64,000 nucleotides of DNA, taken from the NCBI GenBank assembly GCA_049975265.1, contig JBNGDF010000001.1:1-64000 (forward strand), given 5' to 3'. The notes under the pieces were generated by a model that saw nothing but the letters and a program-made list of their open reading frames with translations, searched no databases and was not told the origin of the DNA. Origin of the DNA: Fidelibacterota bacterium (GTDB lineage Bacteria; Fidelibacterota; UBA2242). Both the position numbers and the translations under genes were made by a program. Of this stretch, positions 59,117 through 64,000 are shown piece after piece. Position 1 is the first letter of the stretch; each line of letters starts with the position of its first letter.

Positions 59117-59635
59117 ATGCCCAGCCTGAGCGACCTGTTTAAAGACCACGACAACCTTCAAAAACCGGACAATGCACCTTCCGAAGCTAAACCCGCCACC
59201 CGACCCGAATCTTCGGCGGGAAAGAAACGGGTTCTCTTCATCTGTACCGGCAACTCCGTGCGCAGCCAGATGGCGGAAGCACTGTTAAAATCCCTCGGTG
59301 CCGAACATTTCGAAGCCTACAGCGCTGGGATCACACCCGCCGGTGTTCACCACCTCACCAAACAGGTAATGGGTGAAATCGGTATCTCCATGGCCGGTCA
59401 TCGCAGCCAGCATGTTAATGAATACGCCGATATGCAATTCGATTTTGTTATTCCCCTCTGCGAAGTCGCCGCACTGAGCTGCCCCGACTTTCCCGGCGCC
59501 CCTCAACGAATCAACTGGTATATCGACGATCCCATCCGGGTCATTGGCGACGATACCAGGAAGCTGACAGCATTCCGGATTACCCGGAATATTTTAAAAA
59601 ATAAAATTCAATCGTTTATTCAAAAAAACAGCTGA
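59117..59635 (+). CDS. arsC: Arsenate reductase (thioredoxin-coupled, LMW-PTP fold)
   Basis: CTGNSVRSQMAE, SAG, LC...CP redox cysteines, DDP; low-complexity N-terminal extension. Confidence 0.82.
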   Translation: MPSLSDLFKDHDNLQKPDNAPSEAKPATRPESSAGKKRVLFICTGNSVRSQMAEALLKSLGAEHFEAYSAGITPAGVHHLTKQVMGEIGISMAGHRSQHVNEYADMQFDFVIPLCEVAALSCPDFPGAPQRINWYIDDPIRVIGDDTRKLTAFRITRNILKNKIQSFIQKNS

Positions 59636-59666
59636 AAATCCGCTTTAATTCGCCAGTTGTTATTTT

Positions 59667-60389
59667 CTACGGCGCGGCTCTCAATTCCCACAATCGCCCC
59701 AACAGCTTCTCAAGCGCATTTCCCAGGTTCTCGTCCCGGGCAGTGGTGATGTCCGGCTCGTTTTTGAGGACTATATATGGCACCCTGTGACCTTTTACCG
59801 AAATAAATTCGGGATCGTTACCCTTAAACTCTTCCCAGTCAACCGCCCCATACAGACGGGTTAATTTTTCGTCAGGCAAGCCGTGCTCCAGGATGCTATC
59901 CGGACGCTCAGGATTAAAACGCCGCCGATTTTTTCGCAGCGACTCTTCGAACGATACATCTATGTAAAAAATCGCCGCTCGCTCTAGGATGGAATCGGAG
60001 AGATGCTGAAACGCTTCACGATAGCCGCCATGTTCACTGCCGCGACTGAATTCGATAATCGTCGTCACCGTATCGTGATAATTCTTGTCACGCTTCCTTT
60101 TTGAATACTCCATGCTGATCCGCTCAATCAGCAAATTCCACAGATATTGAAACTTAAAATAGCCCTGAGAATCGGTATGCAGACGTGGTTTCTTCATAAC
60201 CTTTTCCAGAATTGTATCCTCCTCAAACCAGGTCCAGAGCATGGGAAAATCGTCAATTTCTTCAAATTCCCCGATATGAAAACGCCGGATACGGTCTCTC
60301 GCGGGCGTCTTTTTCAGATAATCAATGACTTCAGACTTACCCGAAGCCGGGCGCCCCATGATGATGATTATATCAAAACGTTTGTTCAT
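59667..60389 (-). CDS. Hypothetical P-loop protein (NMP-kinase-like layout)
   Basis: GRPASGKS Walker A near the N-terminus, IIEFSRG, FYIDVSFEESLRKNRRR lid-like segment. Confidence 0.7.
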   Translation of the reverse strand: MNKRFDIIIIMGRPASGKSEVIDYLKKTPARDRIRRFHIGEFEEIDDFPMLWTWFEEDTILEKVMKKPRLHTDSQGYFKFQYLWNLLIERISMEYSKRKRDKNYHDTVTTIIEFSRGSEHGGYREAFQHLSDSILERAAIFYIDVSFEESLRKNRRRFNPERPDSILEHGLPDEKLTRLYGAVDWEEFKGNDPEFISVKGHRVPYIVLKNEPDITTARDENLGNALEKLLGRLWELRAAP

Positions 60390-60401
60390 GCCGTTACACC
60401 T

Positions 60402-61475
60402 CTATATGTTTTTTTCTTTCGCCAATTCTGCCGCGCGTTTCTTTTCAGCACGGGCAATGAAACTCACCGCCACAAGAATGAAAAAGAGGCTGATCCAGTC
60501 GATTAGTCCGGGCCAGGCTCCGCCAAAAAATAGAGCAAATAGCAGCGTGGAAACGGTGCCGGCGATCAGCGAAGTAAGCCGGTTCACCAGCCCCGCAAAA
60601 GTCGCCGTACGACCTTTGAACATGAATAAAAAGACACTGAAAAACGCAACAACTCCGAATGCGGTACCCCAAAATGCCGCCCATCCCCAGCCCGGAACAG
60701 GATCAAATACCGCATTGGCGAAGGGGGTAATGCGCGGACCGCTCCAGCCGGTTTTGCGAACAACAATCAGCAGCATCGCCGCCACCAAAAAGATCGTGGT
60801 TGTGGACGAAATCTGTTCGATGCCAAAAAACGCTTTGTTGTTATCGACTTTCACATTCGTGGGACGGGTGTTTTTATAGTAATTCATTATATAAATCCGT
60901 ATGGCATAGGCGGTGATATAGCTGCAAAAAATGATCACCACCGGCAGATTGGTAAAGGGATTTTCCCCACCGTTCCCGCCGGTTAAAACTTTGACGCTGA
61001 CCGCAATCACCGCAAAAATAACCCCAAAATTCTCTTCGGCATACACCTTCTTGTGCAGAATTCCCTGCTTTATCTGAATGGCATCGACGACCCGACCGAT
61101 AATAATTACGGCGCCCCGCATAATCACCATCGCAACCATAACGGATACACCCTGAAAGCTGTATAGCAGCGTCGTCGTGGGTACAACCACCGCGGTCATA
61201 ATACCGGAAGGAATTATATAGAGCAGCTCCGAAGGAAAGGTGATGGAACCCCAGGTGATTAGTTTAATCGAATTGAGTTTATACCAGCGCAATGCCAGCA
61301 CTACAGACGTGGCAAAAAGCGTGGATGCAGCCGTACTATATACCAGATACTCCATGCTGTTCATGCCGGTCCGCAGGAAATACTTGACGCTCATCCCGGT
61401 AATTACATAAAACACAAAATATCCCAGACTCAGCTGGATCAGACGACCTGTACTACCGTCTTCTGTTTTCCACAT
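60402..61475 (-). CDS. Hypothetical polytopic membrane protein (about 10 TM, DMT-like size)
   Basis: 357 aa, strong SD GGAGG, about 10 hydrophobic segments; no family recognised with certainty. Confidence 0.75.
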   Translation of the reverse strand: MWKTEDGSTGRLIQLSLGYFVFYVITGMSVKYFLRTGMNSMEYLVYSTAASTLFATSVVLALRWYKLNSIKLITWGSITFPSELLYIIPSGIMTAVVVPTTTLLYSFQGVSVMVAMVIMRGAVIIIGRVVDAIQIKQGILHKKVYAEENFGVIFAVIAVSVKVLTGGNGGENPFTNLPVVIIFCSYITAYAIRIYIMNYYKNTRPTNVKVDNNKAFFGIEQISSTTTIFLVAAMLLIVVRKTGWSGPRITPFANAVFDPVPGWGWAAFWGTAFGVVAFFSVFLFMFKGRTATFAGLVNRLTSLIAGTVSTLLFALFFGGAWPGLIDWISLFFILVAVSFIARAEKKRAAELAKEKNI

Positions 61476-61648
61476 GAACGACCTCCATCATAGGACAGCT
61501 TGAACATTTATTCACGAAGAAACGATTTTCGTTCAATGAATCTTATCCGAATCACTTGAGACTGACATAAAACCAAGAACAAGTTAACGAACCCGCAAAA
61601 AAAACCAAACTTTATTTTTTTAATCTCCTTTTTTCAATAATTTTGACC

Positions 61649-63310
61649 ATGAAAAAAATAACCATTCAAATCAATCAGGGTCCCCAAAGACAGATTCAAC
61701 CCGGTCTGACCATTCGAGAGTTGCTTCAGAAATACGACAGCGACCACCAGTCCCTGGAATATATTGCCGTCAAAAACAATCTCTTTGCCTGTTTAAATGA
61801 AACGATCACCGAAAATTCCACCATTGGCACATACACCCGGTTTTTCGAATCCTCTCGCCGCGCCTATGAAAATGCCGCTGTCATTATGCTCCAATACGTT
61901 ATGGAACGATACCTTCGCGATAAAAAACTATCCATCCTACACAGTATGGCAGACGGTGTCTATTGCGAAATCAATCAGGGAGAGCCGCTACCCGCCGGGG
62001 CAATCAAGACCCTGAAAAGCGGTTTCGCCGAACTCGTCTCCGCCGACATTCCGATCATCCCAAAACTCTGTACAAAAGAAGAAGCAACCCGCTATTTTCG
62101 CCAGAACAATCGCCCCGACACAGCGGATTTGCTCAAATATTGCTCTCTGAATTATTTAATGCTTTATGAATTAAAAAGACGTTGCTACTGGCTCCCCAGT
62201 CCACCGGCACCCTCAACCAGCCTGATCAATACCTATGACATTCTAAAATACAAACGGGGTTTTGTTCTCCGCATTCCCACGGAGAGCAAACCCGGCGAAC
62301 TACAGCCTTTCTATAATCAGCAACGCCTTTATGAAATCTTCAACGAAGCCGAACGCTGGGGACAGATTCTGGAACTGTCCAACATCTGTCAGTTGAACGA
62401 CCTGATTGCCAGCAACAGCATTTCCGATATTATCAAAATTTCCGAGGCACTGCACGAAAAGAAGATTGCCGCCATTGCCGATAAAATCGACCACACTCAT
62501 CAGGATAAACGCCTTATTTTTGTCGCCGGTCCATCATCCTCTGGCAAAACCACCTTTATGAAACGCCTGTATATCCAGCTGCGTGTTCTCGGCCACAAAG
62601 TCATCAGTATCTCTCTTGACAACTACTTCAAAGACCGTGATGAGCTGACCAGAGAACAGGGCGGGAACCTGGATTACGAGGTACTCGAGGCACTTGATTT
62701 GAAGCTGTTGAACGACCATCTCGGTCAGTTGCTCAAAGGAAAATCTGTTGTGCCCCCGGTCTACGACTTTGTATCCGGAAAAAAGACACCTGCCAAGGGC
62801 GAAATTCGCTCCGACAAAAACACCTTCTTCATCATTGAGGGTATTCATGGCATCAATCCAGGACTGGCGGAAAGCATCGACGATCGCTACAAATTCAAAA
62901 TCTACCTGAGTGCACTGACCCACCTGAACTTCGATGACACCAACCGCATCCCGACACACGATACCCGTTTGATTCGCCGGATCGTTCGGGATGCCAAATA
63001 TCGTGGCTACTCAGCGGCGGACACGATCAAGATGTGGAAAAAGGTCGTAGAGGGAGAAAAGAGATATATTTTTCGTTTTCAGGGCACCGCCAATATTATG
63101 TTTAATTCTTCCCTCGCCTACGAACTCTGTGCTTTGAAACAGCCCGCCGAAATCGCCCTGAAACAGGTTGACTCCAACGATCAAAGCCACCCTGAGTCAG
63201 AGCGTTTGTTAAGTCTGTTAGCCTATTTCTTGCCTATCGATATCAAGGAGATCCCCCAAAATTCCATTCTGAGAGAATTCATTGGAGAGAGCTCCTTCAG
63301 TTATCATTAA
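61649..63310 (+). CDS. Nucleoside (uridine) kinase fused to a ThrRS N-terminal-like domain
   Basis: N-terminal TGS/ThrRS-editing-like region; SEALHEKKI, AGPSSSGKTTF, LDNYF, IEGIHG, RLIRRIVRD, LREFIG. Confidence 0.85.
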   Translation: MKKITIQINQGPQRQIQPGLTIRELLQKYDSDHQSLEYIAVKNNLFACLNETITENSTIGTYTRFFESSRRAYENAAVIMLQYVMERYLRDKKLSILHSMADGVYCEINQGEPLPAGAIKTLKSGFAELVSADIPIIPKLCTKEEATRYFRQNNRPDTADLLKYCSLNYLMLYELKRRCYWLPSPPAPSTSLINTYDILKYKRGFVLRIPTESKPGELQPFYNQQRLYEIFNEAERWGQILELSNICQLNDLIASNSISDIIKISEALHEKKIAAIADKIDHTHQDKRLIFVAGPSSSGKTTFMKRLYIQLRVLGHKVISISLDNYFKDRDELTREQGGNLDYEVLEALDLKLLNDHLGQLLKGKSVVPPVYDFVSGKKTPAKGEIRSDKNTFFIIEGIHGINPGLAESIDDRYKFKIYLSALTHLNFDDTNRIPTHDTRLIRRIVRDAKYRGYSAADTIKMWKKVVEGEKRYIFRFQGTANIMFNSSLAYELCALKQPAEIALKQVDSNDQSHPESERLLSLLAYFLPIDIKEIPQNSILREFIGESSFSYH

Positions 63311-63346
63311 AAATCCCGTCAAATCTAATTCGGCTCGTTTTTCCCA

Positions 63347-63769
63347 TTAAAACGGGATGTCCTCGTCGCCGGAATTACTATTCCCCTCATCTTTGGAGGT
63401 GTCATTGCCGGATTTTCCCTTGCCGACCATTCCACCCAAAATGGTTATCTGGTCGACCTGAACCTCTGTTTTGCTCCGTTTCTGACCCTCTTTGTCATCC
63501 CATGAACGAGTCTGCAGGCGCCCTTCAGCATAAACCAACTGCCCCTTTTTGAGCCACTCCTTTGCAAATTCAGCCTGCGCCCGCCACATTACCAGATTGT
63601 GCCATTCGGTTTTCTCGTTGCGCTCACCGTTTTTGTCCTTATAATACTCGGTAGTCGCCAGAGAAACATCCGCCACCGCATCCCCGCTGGGTGTGTAGCG
63701 TACTTCCGGATCACGACCCAAATGTCCCACGAGAATCACCTTGTTAATGCTTCCTTTCGGTAAAGCCAT
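63347..63769 (-). CDS. ssb: Single-stranded DNA-binding protein
   Basis: INKVILVGHLGRDPE, TEWH, EGRLQTRSW, acidic tail DEDIPF; SD GAGGAGG. Confidence 0.97.
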   Translation of the reverse strand: MALPKGSINKVILVGHLGRDPEVRYTPSGDAVADVSLATTEYYKDKNGERNEKTEWHNLVMWRAQAEFAKEWLKKGQLVYAEGRLQTRSWDDKEGQKRSKTEVQVDQITILGGMVGKGKSGNDTSKDEGNSNSGDEDIPF

Positions 63770-63844
63770 AATCTCTTCCTCCTCTTTTTAAACGTTGTAA
63801 TCCCTCGCATTGGAGCGACTAATACATATAAAACTGTTGCTTAA

Positions 63845-63873
63845 ATTATATTGATATTTTCTATTTATGTCAA
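63845..63873 (-). promoter_or_regulatory. Perfect consensus sigma70 promoter for ssb
   Basis: Minus strand TTGACA (63873-63868), 17 nt spacer, TATAAT (63850-63845). Confidence 0.8.
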
Positions 63874-63880
63874 CTTTTTT

Positions 63881-64000
63881 TTAAACGGCGTTCTTCAGTT
63901 TTTCTTTAATATTTCCGATAAACTGTGAAAACTGTTCGTCTTTCTCACAGCGGTCTTCTACGCTTTTACAGGCGTGCACGACGGTGGAGTGATCTCTGCC
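63881..64000 (-). CDS. dnaA: Chromosomal replication initiator DnaA, C-terminal 39 aa (partial; not in the ORF track)
   Basis: Minus-strand translation GRDHSTVVHACKSVEDRCEKDEQFSQFIGNIKEKLKNAV*; RDHSTV is the DnaA domain IV signature. Confidence 0.88.
   Translation of the reverse strand, partial: GRDHSTVVHACKSVEDRCEKDEQFSQFIGNIKEKLKNAV

Noticed and set aside
61500..61540. LacI-type operator upstream of the 10-TM gene
   Set aside because: GAAACGATTTTC is only weakly palindromic in an AT-rich region.
63770..63880. oriC next to dnaA
   Set aside because: AT-rich but short, occupied by the ssb promoter and leader, with no clear DnaA boxes.
1..64000. CRISPR arrays, IS elements, prophage or known anti-phage defence genes
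   Set aside because: No regularly spaced direct repeats, transposase or integrase motifs, or defence domains were seen; intergenic gaps are short and the tRNA 3' ends show no integrated element.

Overview
A gene-dense 64 kb stretch of core bacterial chromosome with about 62 CDSs and 2 tRNAs. I saw no IS, prophage or CRISPR array. A secreted protein with a QNYPNPFN/FlgD-Ig type C-terminal sorting domain, archaeal-type ProRS and TAnnTTTG promoter elements suggest an FCB-group organism such as Marinimicrobia, KSB1 or Calditrichota (inference). Recognisable content: an Opp/Dpp ABC importer, NptA/PhoU, proS, recO, tdh-acpS-kbl, a ychF-like gene broken by one in-frame TAG, a three-gene lipid cluster, tandem CNNM genes, tRNA-His and tRNA-Glu, glgC, pcm, a diguanylate cyclase, a cdd-udk-tdk-nupC-adk-coaE salvage run, tnaA, comM, an NtrY/NtrX-like two-component system, plsX, queG, arsC, ssb and the 3' end of dnaA. 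The best candidates for undescribed biology are five. (1) Two tandem PDZ plus outer-membrane beta-barrel genes sit behind a sigma54-like promoter with two phased palindromic enhancer-like sites, directly upstream of DUF4390, a sensor kinase and a GAFTGA activator. (2) The tnaA leader folds over its own Shine-Dalgarno and is overlapped by a 23-codon aromatic-rich uORF. (3) An AroQ-fold protein has lost its catalytic residues. (4) An uncharacterised transporter and P-loop kinase form a gene pair. (5) A lipid cluster resembles ceramide-phosphoinositol synthesis genes. All calls come from reading the sequence; no database searches were run.
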